Below, in pieces: positions 18,780 through 27,329 of a stretch of 64,000 nt of DNA. The notes below the pieces were generated by a model that did not search any database, was not told the DNA's origin, and worked only from the letters and a program-made list of their open reading frames with translations. Within the stretch, counting starts at the first letter, position 1. Each line of letters starts with the position of its first letter. The DNA comes from a virus (lineage: Duplodnaviria; Caudoviricetes), in the IMG/VR virus record IMGVR_UViG_3300014205_000224, positions 3,162 through 67,161 of that record. One strand, 5' to 3'. Position numbers and translations under genes: made by a program.

Positions 18780-19295
18780 ATGAAAATAGGCAAACCAAAC
18801 TTACTCGTAGGATCGGATGCGGACGGGGACATATATCAGCGGGCTAGTTCGTTGCTGGCGAGGCTGGCAAAGGGTGCAGCGGATTTGAAGTTGTTCATGA
18901 ATGCTGGTGCTACGGCAGGGGAATGGGCGGTAGGCCATATGACTGGAACGTTTACAAGAGATATGACTGCCTCTTCAGGTGATGTTTCATATACGGGGGT
19001 CGGTTTCAAGCCTTCAGCACTTATCTTTTTTGGCGGCATCAACGCTACAACAATAATATCTATGATCGGTTGTAGTATGGCAACACGAAGATATGTTATG
19101 AGTGATTATCATGGGGGAATAGCTGATACATTTGCAGTACAATCTGCCTTATCAATAATGTTAGCCGAAGGTTCTTCTCAATTACAAACAGCTTTAATAA
19201 AAACCTATGATTCGGATGGATTTACATTAACGTGGACAAAAACAGGAACACCCTCTGCGGGAACAGCGACAATGTTTTATGTTGCTTTTAGGTAG
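18780..19295 (+). CDS. Stand-alone paralogue of the tail-fibre C-terminal domain
   Basis: Shares GDI.Y, TGVGFKPS and D.DG.TL..TK.G.P with the C-terminus of 16725..18770. Confidence 0.75.
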   Translation: MKIGKPNLLVGSDADGDIYQRASSLLARLAKGAADLKLFMNAGATAGEWAVGHMTGTFTRDMTASSGDVSYTGVGFKPSALIFFGGINATTIISMIGCSMATRRYVMSDYHGGIADTFAVQSALSIMLAEGSSQLQTALIKTYDSDGFTLTWTKTGTPSAGTATMFYVAFR

Positions 19296-19308
19296 AAAGG
19301 AGATACAA

Positions 19309-19653
19309 ATGAACAGAGTATGTATATTAAAATCAACAGGCAAGCTTATTGAGATGCAATCTGGCGGGGATGACCGAGAGGACCTTAAGGACATGCGGCT
19401 CAACACCCTCAAACAGAACGCTCTCAATGCCGGACTCAAGGAAGCCGATATCGAGGTCAAGTGGGTTGATGATGCAGACCTTGCCGATCTCATGGAAGCC
19501 TCGAAGCCGCCCCTTACCTATGCCGATAACCGCCGGGCAGCGTACAGGTCCCTTCCCGACCAACTCGACATGATATACTGGGACAAGGTGAATGGTACCT
19601 CGGACTGGCAGAAGCATATCAAGGAAGTCAAGGACAAATATCTCAAGGAGTAG
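19309..19653 (+). CDS. Tail fibre assembly/chaperone-like protein
   Basis: YADNRRAAY..LPDQLDMIYWD......W..HIKEVKDKY pattern; start refined. Confidence 0.7.
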   Translation: MNRVCILKSTGKLIEMQSGGDDREDLKDMRLNTLKQNALNAGLKEADIEVKWVDDADLADLMEASKPPLTYADNRRAAYRSLPDQLDMIYWDKVNGTSDWQKHIKEVKDKYLKE

Positions 19654-19656
19654 GCT

Positions 19657-19989
19657 ATGTCAAACAGCACAATATTATCTGGGGTCATAGGGTTTGGAAC
19701 AGCTGGAAGTTCCGGGACCAGCGGTACATCTACAGTTGCTGGGTCAGATGGTACATCAGGAACAAGTGGTGGAACATCAGGCACTTCTGGGTCTTCCGGT
19801 ACCTCCTCCACGTCCTATACTCTCCAGAATGTTCTTGAAGACCGCACGTCTGACTATGCCGCCTCAGCAGCCAATAGCGGCAAGCTCTGGATGCGTTCAG
19901 ACCTCACAACCGCAACAGTCAAGGGGGTGATTAAATATACGAACTCCGGGACAGCTGCATACATAGTCAAGACCTTCACGATATCATAG
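19657..19989 (+). CDS. Virion protein with a GTS/GSS repeat
   Basis: GTAGSSGTSGTS...GTSGSSGTS followed by LEDRTSDY...WMR. Confidence 0.75.
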   Translation: MSNSTILSGVIGFGTAGSSGTSGTSTVAGSDGTSGTSGGTSGTSGSSGTSSTSYTLQNVLEDRTSDYAASAANSGKLWMRSDLTTATVKGVIKYTNSGTAAYIVKTFTIS

Positions 19990-19996
19990 GTGTGTC

Positions 19997-20797
19997 ATGG
20001 GCAGTGCAATATCAAGGAGAACAACCAGCGGATCATCCGGGCTCTCTGGGAATCAGGGAAACGAGGGCTCATCCGGGACCAGTGGCACATCTGGATCTTC
20101 CGGTTCCTCGGGGTCCTCCGGCGCTGATGTCCTGGACTCCATGAACCTTGAAGACAAGACTGCTGATTATAGTCCTGCTGCTGGGAACTCTGGCTACATG
20201 TGGATGAGGAATGATAATAGTTCTGCGCTGGTGAAGGCAACGGTCAAGTCCGCAACGCCAACAGGTACACTGAATTCCTATTCCGAAGCCTACCAGGACT
20301 CATACTATCCCGTAGCGGCTGAAGGTTCCACCACTGTGCTGTACTCCGGGCAATGCATCAGCCGTTCTGAATGTTACATCTCCAGTGTCAAGTTCTATAT
20401 CCGTGACGGTGTATCAGGCACAGCAACTGCCTATCTATTTGCAACCACAGGGACAGTTGGGTCTAACGCGGTTCCTACGGGCAGTGCCTTAGCAACCAGC
20501 AACGGCGTATCAATGTCAGGAGGTGGCAGCACAGCACTATATGAGTTCACATTTGCATCAGAGTACCACCACACAGGCAGTACCATTGCGTTCATTGTTG
20601 GGATAAATGCCGGGGACAATTCCAACTATTTGCGAGTCTATCACGATGCCAATTCCCCTGGTGAAGCCGGGAACATCTGCTACTATGTCAACGGGGAATC
20701 CCCCGGTTGGTATTCAGCGGCAAGAGACAACTGTTACTATTTGATGGGCCGCACCTCGCTCGTCACCTACGCAGTCAAGACGTTCACCCTATCATAA
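19997..20797 (+). CDS. Virion protein with a GSS repeat and an inserted beta-rich domain; paralogue of 19657..19989
   Basis: 11 G-X-Y triplets; LEDKTADY...WMRND; ends VKTFTLS. Confidence 0.75.
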   Translation: MGSAISRRTTSGSSGLSGNQGNEGSSGTSGTSGSSGSSGSSGADVLDSMNLEDKTADYSPAAGNSGYMWMRNDNSSALVKATVKSATPTGTLNSYSEAYQDSYYPVAAEGSTTVLYSGQCISRSECYISSVKFYIRDGVSGTATAYLFATTGTVGSNAVPTGSALATSNGVSMSGGGSTALYEFTFASEYHHTGSTIAFIVGINAGDNSNYLRVYHDANSPGEAGNICYYVNGESPGWYSAARDNCYYLMGRTSLVTYAVKTFTLS

Positions 20798-20812
20798 TAC
20801 GGAGGTACCACT

Positions 20813-21289
20813 ATGAGCCCAGAAGATGTTGTATTGAAACTCGGTCAGCACGATTCCGCTATTGAGACTCTCCAGGACAAGCAGGACACACTGTTCGGCA
20901 AGACAGATGAACTTCTCCGTATTGCGATTACGAACCAGGGGAGCATAAACCTCTTGCATGCGAAATTGGACAATGGTATTAAGGCAAGACTTGAAGAAAT
21001 GTGCGGGATGTTCAAGAGTAAAGGCAAGGAAATAGACGAAGGATATGATGATGTTGTAGCAAGGCTTGTGAAACTGGAGAGGACATCATGGGTCTCAGAC
21101 CTGTTTGATGCCGGATGGAAGAAACTGCTGCTGCTTGTCATCGGCTTCATGATCGTTTCCGCCATGTCCAATGCAGCCTTCTGGGGATACATCAAAGCCA
21201 CAGTGTTTAAGGAAAAGCCAGGGGCTATGCAGAGTCTGACACTTGAACAGAAACTTGAACAGCACTTACAGGAAGTAGACAAGAAATAG
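20813..21289 (+). CDS. Coiled-coil membrane protein at the start of the lysis cassette
   Basis: One transmembrane segment; directly upstream of the endolysin. Confidence 0.6.
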   Translation: MSPEDVVLKLGQHDSAIETLQDKQDTLFGKTDELLRIAITNQGSINLLHAKLDNGIKARLEEMCGMFKSKGKEIDEGYDDVVARLVKLERTSWVSDLFDAGWKKLLLLVIGFMIVSAMSNAAFWGYIKATVFKEKPGAMQSLTLEQKLEQHLQEVDKK

Positions 21290-21299
21290 GAGGTGAGAT

Positions 21300-21716
21300 A
21301 TGCCTAGCCGAAAACTGGAGGACTTATGTCCCGAGATGTTGCAGTTATACATGGCATTCAAGAGGAAGGTCCAGGAAACCCCTGGTGCTCCAGCCTATAT
21401 TGTAACGTGTACATACCGAAGCATGGCTGAACAGGCCGAGTGTGTGAAACAGGGCACCAGCAAGATATTCAAAGGTAATCACAATTGGGTAGATAAGAAC
21501 GGCAAGCCGGCGTCCAGGGCATTCGATGTGGCTGTAATGATTGATGGAAAGCCGCTGTGGAATCCTACCCTTGATGCCGACAAAGACGGTGTTCCTGAAT
21601 ACACAGAACTAGGCCGAATCGGTGAATCCGTGGGCCTCGTATGGGGCGGGTGTCGTACCGGCAAGTGGAAGAACTTCGTCGACGCACCTCACTTTGAACT
21701 CCCCAACCAGAAATAG
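21300..21716 (+). CDS. Endolysin, M15-family peptidase
   Basis: TCTYRS..EQ, HNW, SRAFDVA, GLVWGG, DAPHFEL. Confidence 0.9.
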   Translation: MPSRKLEDLCPEMLQLYMAFKRKVQETPGAPAYIVTCTYRSMAEQAECVKQGTSKIFKGNHNWVDKNGKPASRAFDVAVMIDGKPLWNPTLDADKDGVPEYTELGRIGESVGLVWGGCRTGKWKNFVDAPHFELPNQK

Positions 21717-21725
21717 GAGGACGAT

Positions 21726-22160
21726 ATGTTTGGAATTGACGCAATAGTGGCAGTGGGAGGCATGATCCTTCCGCCTATATTTGACTTTATCAAGAAGAAG
21801 TTCTTGGGACCGTCTAGTGATACGCCCGAGGCAACGGCGGCATCCCTGGCTGTGACTAAACCCGAGGCAGTTGAAGGGTACGTTGGCGGCATGGCTGCAC
21901 TTTGGAAGGCCCAGGCAGAGTTCTTCAACCGTGATGTTTCGGGGACCCCCTCTCAGTGGGTCGTTGACCTCCGTGCGGTGATCCGTCCGGGTGCCACAGT
22001 TGTTGCGTTCCTCATTCTCGTTGGCATGACTGTTGCAGCAGTGAGTGGAGTAAGCATCGAACCGACCATGCAGACGACTCTCGATGGCGTCCGTTACAAC
22101 TGCGAGTTGATTGTCTCCTCCTGGTTTGGTTCCCGTATCTCCCTGACGGCATCCAAATAA
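21726..22160 (+). CDS. Holin (3TM/GTA-holin-like)
   Basis: IRP motif, hydrophobic helices, SWFGSR C-terminal motif. Confidence 0.7.
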   Translation: MFGIDAIVAVGGMILPPIFDFIKKKFLGPSSDTPEATAASLAVTKPEAVEGYVGGMAALWKAQAEFFNRDVSGTPSQWVVDLRAVIRPGATVVAFLILVGMTVAAVSGVSIEPTMQTTLDGVRYNCELIVSSWFGSRISLTASK

Positions 22161-22177
22161 ACTTGATAATAAAAAAC

Positions 22178-22206
22178 TTGACAGTCCATATGCAATATGC
22201 TATAGC
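22178..22206 (+). promoter_or_regulatory. Sigma70 promoter of the glycosylation operon
   Basis: TTGACA-17 nt-TATAGC with a TGn extension; GGAGAGG RBS before 22233. Confidence 0.7.
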
Positions 22207-22232
22207 CTTCTCAACCACGAAAGGAGAGGGCT

Positions 22233-25061
22233 ATGGAAATTATTGCAGCATTCAACGACAGGACAGGTTATGGTATACACGCATCAAACTTCTTCCCGAG
22301 ATTACAGGCACTTAGACCTAACAGCCCCGCATCAATCGTATTATCCACTACGGACAGCCAGGCGTTCTATAATCCCCACAAGAGGCCCGTGGTGGCGTAC
22401 AATGTATGGGAGACAACCCGGTATCCCGATAAGTTCTTTAAGCGTCTCTTGGATTTCGATCAGCTCTGGGTCGCCTCCAACTGGCAGCGGAACTGTGTAA
22501 TAGAGCAAGGGTATCCCGCCGAGAAAGTCAAGGTTGTTCCTGAAGGTATAGACCCGGAGATGTACAAACCCTGGCCAATCAATGGCACATCAGGTACATC
22601 CGGGGCGTTTACCTTTGCCATTTTCGGCAAATGGGAAGATCGCAAGTACACAAAAGAACTCATCCACGCTTGGATAGAGTGCGCGAAGCCCTGGGGTGGT
22701 AATGTACGACTCCTACTCTCTGCCGACAATCCATTTCCAGTGGACAAATTCACCACGACAGAACAACGGCTTGAAGCATATGGGCTCAATGATCCGCGCA
22801 TACAGATCCTGCACTTCCCGCCCAAGGAAGAGTATGTGTCACGGCTGAAGAGTATCCAGGTGTTCCTGTCTTGCTCACGCGCCGAAGGATGGAATCTCCC
22901 TCTCATCGAAGCCATCGCCTGTGGTGTTCCGTCTGTATATTCCAAGTGTTCAGGACAGCTAGAGTTCACGCGTAAGGACGATGGCAGTTACATTGGCATT
23001 CCCGTCAAGACCACTGGCGAGATCAAGCCTTTCAACGTCTACCAGATGCCGGATTGTCCTGGGTTCTGGTACGAACCCGACTACGAGGACCTCAAGCGAG
23101 CAATCCGCCAAGCCTATACCGATTACTCCACGGAAAAGATTCGTGCACATGAGGACAGCAAGTACATCCATTCCAACTTCACCTGGGACAAAGCCGCCGA
23201 GAAAGCCGCCACATACCTTGATGAACTGGATAGCAAAGACATCATCTTCGTGGACCCTAAGATATGCGAGAAGCCCAAGGACGACGTTGTTGTAATTGGC
23301 TGCTGGCCCGATACAGAAGAAAAATTAACTCAGCTACAGACTCAAATAGATACAGTCAAAGCTGCCGGATTCGATGTCGCAATCTCTACCCACTTCCCCC
23401 TCCCCCTTTCCATGTACAACCAGGCCGATTATTATGTGTATGATATGCATAATGAACTTGCTCCCGCAGGCAAGGGCCTGGTGTACTGGAAGCGGAATGG
23501 AGACAAGGAAGAGATGAGGCCGGCCAAGAACAGGTACCACGCCGTAGCGGTCCTCACAACTATCCGTAATGCAATACGAATCCTCTATGGACGCTACAAA
23601 CGACTGCACTTTATTGAGTTTGACATAGAGACAGATATCAGCAAATACGTCCAGGCCGCGAATGATCAGATGGCCAAGGGTGCGGAATACGTAGCGTTCA
23701 GCTACGAGACCACAGGCATGTCCACGTGTATCATGTCCGTCCTCATGGACCGCTGGCCGGTGTTCCCCGAGGTAGACAGCTGGGACAAATACGCCGAGAT
23801 GCATAAGGGTGAGATCATCCTGGAGAACTGGCTGTTACAATACATCGCCAAGATGAGTCTTCCGGTTGCGCTGCTTGACCCACTCGAATTCCCATTCACC
23901 AATAAGTTCGACCAGATAGAGCGCGATATATGGGATGGTCCGACAGAGAAGGCACTGCCCCAGGCCAATCTCAAGGTGTCCTATAACTTTGTGGATGGCT
24001 GTTTCTTTGAAGTTCTGAACAATGGCGGGGCCCCTGATGATCTACAGCTTACCATTGAACTGGGTAACAAGGACACAAAGGAAATTATTGACACGGTTCG
24101 TCAGACGCCCAACAACTGGTTCAAGACGAATGTTAAGTATTATGTGCCATGGACGTTACGCTTCAAGATGGGTACCAACGATCTGCTCTATGATGAGTAC
24201 AGCGCCGAGAACCAGAATGTCATGATCTGCCTGGAGTCCAAGGCACTGGGTGATAACCTTGCCTGGATGCCGTATCTGGATGAATTCTCCAAACAGCACA
24301 AGTGTAATGTCAAGGCGGTTACGTTCTTCAATCATCTATTCAAGGACAACTATCCGAACATCCAGTTCTTCGAGCCGGGTGCGACTGTTGAGAATCTCTA
24401 TGCTGCTTACCGGATCGGATGCTATGACTATGATGTGGACCGCAACCCTATGAACTGGCGAGTGATTCCTATGCAACAGATAGCCACGGATATACTTGGA
24501 CTGGAGTACAAGGAAGTCAAACCGCTGATTACGGTTCCGCAGTTCGCTACGGGACTGGGCAACAAGTACGTCTGCATCTCCGAGCACGCGACTCTCTTCA
24601 CCAAGTACTGGCAGTACGATAACGGCTGGCAGGAAATCGTGGATTATCTCAAGAGTTTGGGTTATGACGTTGTGGCAATTAGCAGCGAGATGTCCCAGTT
24701 GAATGGTATCATCGACAGAACAAACAAGCCGCTCGAACAGACCATGACAACCCTCCGCGATGCTGATTTCTACATTGGAGTAGGGTCCGGTCCTGCCTGG
24801 CTTGCCTGGGCACTTGATGTCCCCGTCGTCATGATCTCCGGGTTCTCCAAGCCCTATACCGAATTTCAGGAAGGTAATTTCCGAGTGTTCAACGACAAGG
24901 TCTGCAACGGCTGCTTCAATGACCCGACATACCCCTACGAACGTGGCCGCTGGGATTGGTGCCCGCGCAAGAAGAAGTTCGAATGCTCACGGTCCATCAC
25001 ACCTGCCATGGTCAAGGCCCAGATAGATAAGATCAGGGAGGTCCAATGCGCCCAGTCATAG
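22233..25061 (+). CDS. Multidomain glycosyltransferase: GT4-type GT-B domain, unknown middle domain, Aah/TibC-like protein O-heptosyltransferase
   Basis: GT4 motif EGWNLPLIE; C-terminal ALGDNLAWMPY, FYIGVGSGPAWLAWAL, ISGFSKPYTEF and CNGC..WCP..FEC iron-finger pattern. Confidence 0.85.
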   Translation: MEIIAAFNDRTGYGIHASNFFPRLQALRPNSPASIVLSTTDSQAFYNPHKRPVVAYNVWETTRYPDKFFKRLLDFDQLWVASNWQRNCVIEQGYPAEKVKVVPEGIDPEMYKPWPINGTSGTSGAFTFAIFGKWEDRKYTKELIHAWIECAKPWGGNVRLLLSADNPFPVDKFTTTEQRLEAYGLNDPRIQILHFPPKEEYVSRLKSIQVFLSCSRAEGWNLPLIEAIACGVPSVYSKCSGQLEFTRKDDGSYIGIPVKTTGEIKPFNVYQMPDCPGFWYEPDYEDLKRAIRQAYTDYSTEKIRAHEDSKYIHSNFTWDKAAEKAATYLDELDSKDIIFVDPKICEKPKDDVVVIGCWPDTEEKLTQLQTQIDTVKAAGFDVAISTHFPLPLSMYNQADYYVYDMHNELAPAGKGLVYWKRNGDKEEMRPAKNRYHAVAVLTTIRNAIRILYGRYKRLHFIEFDIETDISKYVQAANDQMAKGAEYVAFSYETTGMSTCIMSVLMDRWPVFPEVDSWDKYAEMHKGEIILENWLLQYIAKMSLPVALLDPLEFPFTNKFDQIERDIWDGPTEKALPQANLKVSYNFVDGCFFEVLNNGGAPDDLQLTIELGNKDTKEIIDTVRQTPNNWFKTNVKYYVPWTLRFKMGTNDLLYDEYSAENQNVMICLESKALGDNLAWMPYLDEFSKQHKCNVKAVTFFNHLFKDNYPNIQFFEPGATVENLYAAYRIGCYDYDVDRNPMNWRVIPMQQIATDILGLEYKEVKPLITVPQFATGLGNKYVCISEHATLFTKYWQYDNGWQEIVDYLKSLGYDVVAISSEMSQLNGIIDRTNKPLEQTMTTLRDADFYIGVGSGPAWLAWALDVPVVMISGFSKPYTEFQEGNFRVFNDKVCNGCFNDPTYPYERGRWDWCPRKKKFECSRSITPAMVKAQIDKIREVQCAQS

Positions 25062-25897
25062 AGAAATGGATCTGCAATATCGACATTGTAGCGTTCTGTA
25101 ACCAGTCATGTAACTACTGCGCCAGACATATGAATCACATCCGCTCTGACCAAAAGGGACACATGACCCTTGCTCAGATTGATGGGGCTCTCCTCTCTCT
25201 CAAATCGTGGCCAAATGCTGTGGGAATCTCAGGGGGAGAGCCTCTCCTTCATCCAGAATTTCCGGCGGTCTGTGAGGTAATCCGTTCACACTTCGGCAAG
25301 CACAGGATGTTTTTGTTTACGTCGCATAGGAAGAACTTGGCTAAGTACGAACAGATCATCGCCAATACCTTTGGAGTTGTTCACATCCACGAGCACACAG
25401 TTGCAGAGAAGCTGACGAACAAGCACCAGGTGCTTACCATGGCCAGTGGCGATGTGGTAGAAGACAAGGAATTCCTTGAAGAACTGATTGATGACTGCTG
25501 GGCGCACAAGTACTGGGCACCATCAATCAACGAGAAAGGAGCTACCTTTTGCGAAATTGCAGCTGGGATATCCCGGATATTCGATCTAGGCATAGAATGG
25601 AAGGTTGAACCCGGCTGGTACAATAATGACTTCACCGCCCAACGCAATGCCTGTTGCTACCTCTGCGGCATGCCGGTTCCTATGTACACACAGCTGATGA
25701 TCAATCCAACAGAGCGGTTCAGCAGGGGGTTGTACGACAAGATGAGAGAACATGGCCTGAACGTTGGTCCAAATAACCTGGATATATTCGAAGGCAAATT
25801 ATCCCGTGAAGCCATAGAGTCAGTGCGTTCATCCTGGACTCCGTGGCATTACCGCATCTCAGACGGGGCTACCAAGAACCCATGCACGGAGAAGTAA
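25046..25897 (+). CDS. Radical SAM protein
   Basis: CNQSCNYC (CxxxCxxC), SGGEPLLHP, extra C-terminal Cys residues. Confidence 0.85.
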   Translation: MRPVIEKWICNIDIVAFCNQSCNYCARHMNHIRSDQKGHMTLAQIDGALLSLKSWPNAVGISGGEPLLHPEFPAVCEVIRSHFGKHRMFLFTSHRKNLAKYEQIIANTFGVVHIHEHTVAEKLTNKHQVLTMASGDVVEDKEFLEELIDDCWAHKYWAPSINEKGATFCEIAAGISRIFDLGIEWKVEPGWYNNDFTAQRNACCYLCGMPVPMYTQLMINPTERFSRGLYDKMREHGLNVGPNNLDIFEGKLSREAIESVRSSWTPWHYRISDGATKNPCTEK

Positions 25898-25898
25898 T

Positions 25899-26441
25899 AT
25901 GCCAGTACACCAAGGCGTTCACAGTCACATTGGTCCAAACTGGAACATGCCATGGGACTTTGACGTTTACATCGGGTCGTATTGCTCAATCTCCCAGAAC
26001 GTGACGGCAATTGGGGCGGACCACAACATGGCGTTTCCGTCTACAAGGCACTTTGACGACTGCGGAGGAATCATAGGGGCGGCCTTTGAACCGTACCCTA
26101 TCCATAATCATGGCCCCCTCATCATCATGAACGATGTCTGGGTAGGATACAACGCGATATTGATGTCTGGTTCCCTGCTTGGTAATGGCTGTGTAATTGG
26201 AGCTGGGTCTACAGTGGCCGGCAAGATTCCACCTTATGCTGTTGCAGTTGGGAATCCAGCTCGTGTCATCAAATACCGCTTCACCCCAGACCAGATCGCC
26301 TCCCTAGAACGCATCCGCTGGTGGGCATGGCCTGAAGAGAAAATAGTATATAACAAGCACCGCTTTCTTTCAACTGACATAGACGACTTTCTGGAGGTAC
26401 ATGATGCCGAGTATAAGCGTAGTAACAGCGTGGTACAATGA
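25899..26441 (+). CDS. Hexapeptide (left-handed beta-helix) O-acetyltransferase, CatB/Vat-like
   Basis: IGSYCSIS, NDVWVG, GCVIGAGSTV, IPPYAVAVGNPARVIKYRF. Confidence 0.9.
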   Translation: MPVHQGVHSHIGPNWNMPWDFDVYIGSYCSISQNVTAIGADHNMAFPSTRHFDDCGGIIGAAFEPYPIHNHGPLIIMNDVWVGYNAILMSGSLLGNGCVIGAGSTVAGKIPPYAVAVGNPARVIKYRFTPDQIASLERIRWWAWPEEKIVYNKHRFLSTDIDDFLEVHDAEYKRSNSVVQ

Positions 26442-27177
26442 GGAAATCCTGGCACCCCTGTTCCTGGACCATTACCAATTCGCTGACGAGATCAATATAA
26501 TCCTGGACAAGGCAACCACAGACCGTACCGAAGAGATCATCCGCGCCTGGGACAAGACCAAGACTGTCATCTTCCACGTTGATTACCATGATAGCCTGGA
26601 TTGGATAGTCAAATCAACCCTTGTCAATCAAGTTGGAATCACTAGGAAAACAGACTGGGTCATGGCTGTGGACGCCGATGAGTTCATTTTCCCGCCGTTA
26701 CATTTGAGCATGCAGCCCCAGGAATACCTGTCGTTCTGCACTGGCAATCTCCTCCGCATCAACATGTATCACGTGTACCGGAATGTGCTTGAATCCGACA
26801 TAGACCCATCCAAGCCGGCAGTCCATCAGCGACAGTATGGGAATGTCCTCCCCGGTGTTGCTCACGACGTGGCCGAATACAACAAGTCCTGTATATTCAA
26901 GCCAGAATCACGCGTGCGTCTGACCTGTGGATGCCATTCCTTTTATGATGCCCCAACCATCCGCGAAGACTTAACCTACCGATTTGATGCTGTTCATTGG
27001 AACATGGCAGATCCATCCATAGCCGTTACCCGCAGACTTGCACAGAAGGCCCGCATTGGAGAACGGGACAAGCTCGCTGGCCGTGGATTCCAGAATTTTG
27101 AAGTTACCGAACAAGAAATACTTTCTGAATGCGAGGCGCATCTTCACGATCCGATGCTGCCCATTTTCACCTCATAA
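26401..27177 (+). CDS. GT2-like (GT-A) glycosyltransferase
   Basis: YNEE, TTDRT, DWVMAVDADEF (DxD motif). Confidence 0.85.
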   Translation: MMPSISVVTAWYNEEILAPLFLDHYQFADEINIILDKATTDRTEEIIRAWDKTKTVIFHVDYHDSLDWIVKSTLVNQVGITRKTDWVMAVDADEFIFPPLHLSMQPQEYLSFCTGNLLRINMYHVYRNVLESDIDPSKPAVHQRQYGNVLPGVAHDVAEYNKSCIFKPESRVRLTCGCHSFYDAPTIREDLTYRFDAVHWNMADPSIAVTRRLAQKARIGERDKLAGRGFQNFEVTEQEILSECEAHLHDPMLPIFTS

Positions 27178-27185
27178 CAAAGCAC

Positions 27186-27214
27186 TTGATTTTTATCCAC
27201 ATTAGTGATATCGT
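27186..27214 (+). promoter_or_regulatory. Sigma70 promoter upstream of the scaffold/capsid genes
   Basis: TTGATT-17 nt-TATCGT with a TGn extension. Confidence 0.5.
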
Positions 27215-27329
27215 GCGATTAAAGTATATCTGACGACACGCCTAGCCTTACTTAATCCAGGAATACCCGAGGGCTCCTGTGTTAAAATAATCAGGGAAGA
27301 CGACTACCGCTCCCAGGAAGGAACCAAAT

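Noticed and set aside
16725-19295. Diversity-generating retroelement suggested by the Mtd_N-like domain and duplicated fibre tip
   Set aside because: No reverse transcriptase is present in the window, and the duplicate is diverged at all positions rather than being a near-identical adenine-specific TR/VR pair.
25899-26441. Chloramphenicol/streptogramin resistance gene (catB/vat)
   Set aside because: The fold is shared with sugar O-acetyltransferases, and its position between glycosyltransferases favours glycan acetylation.
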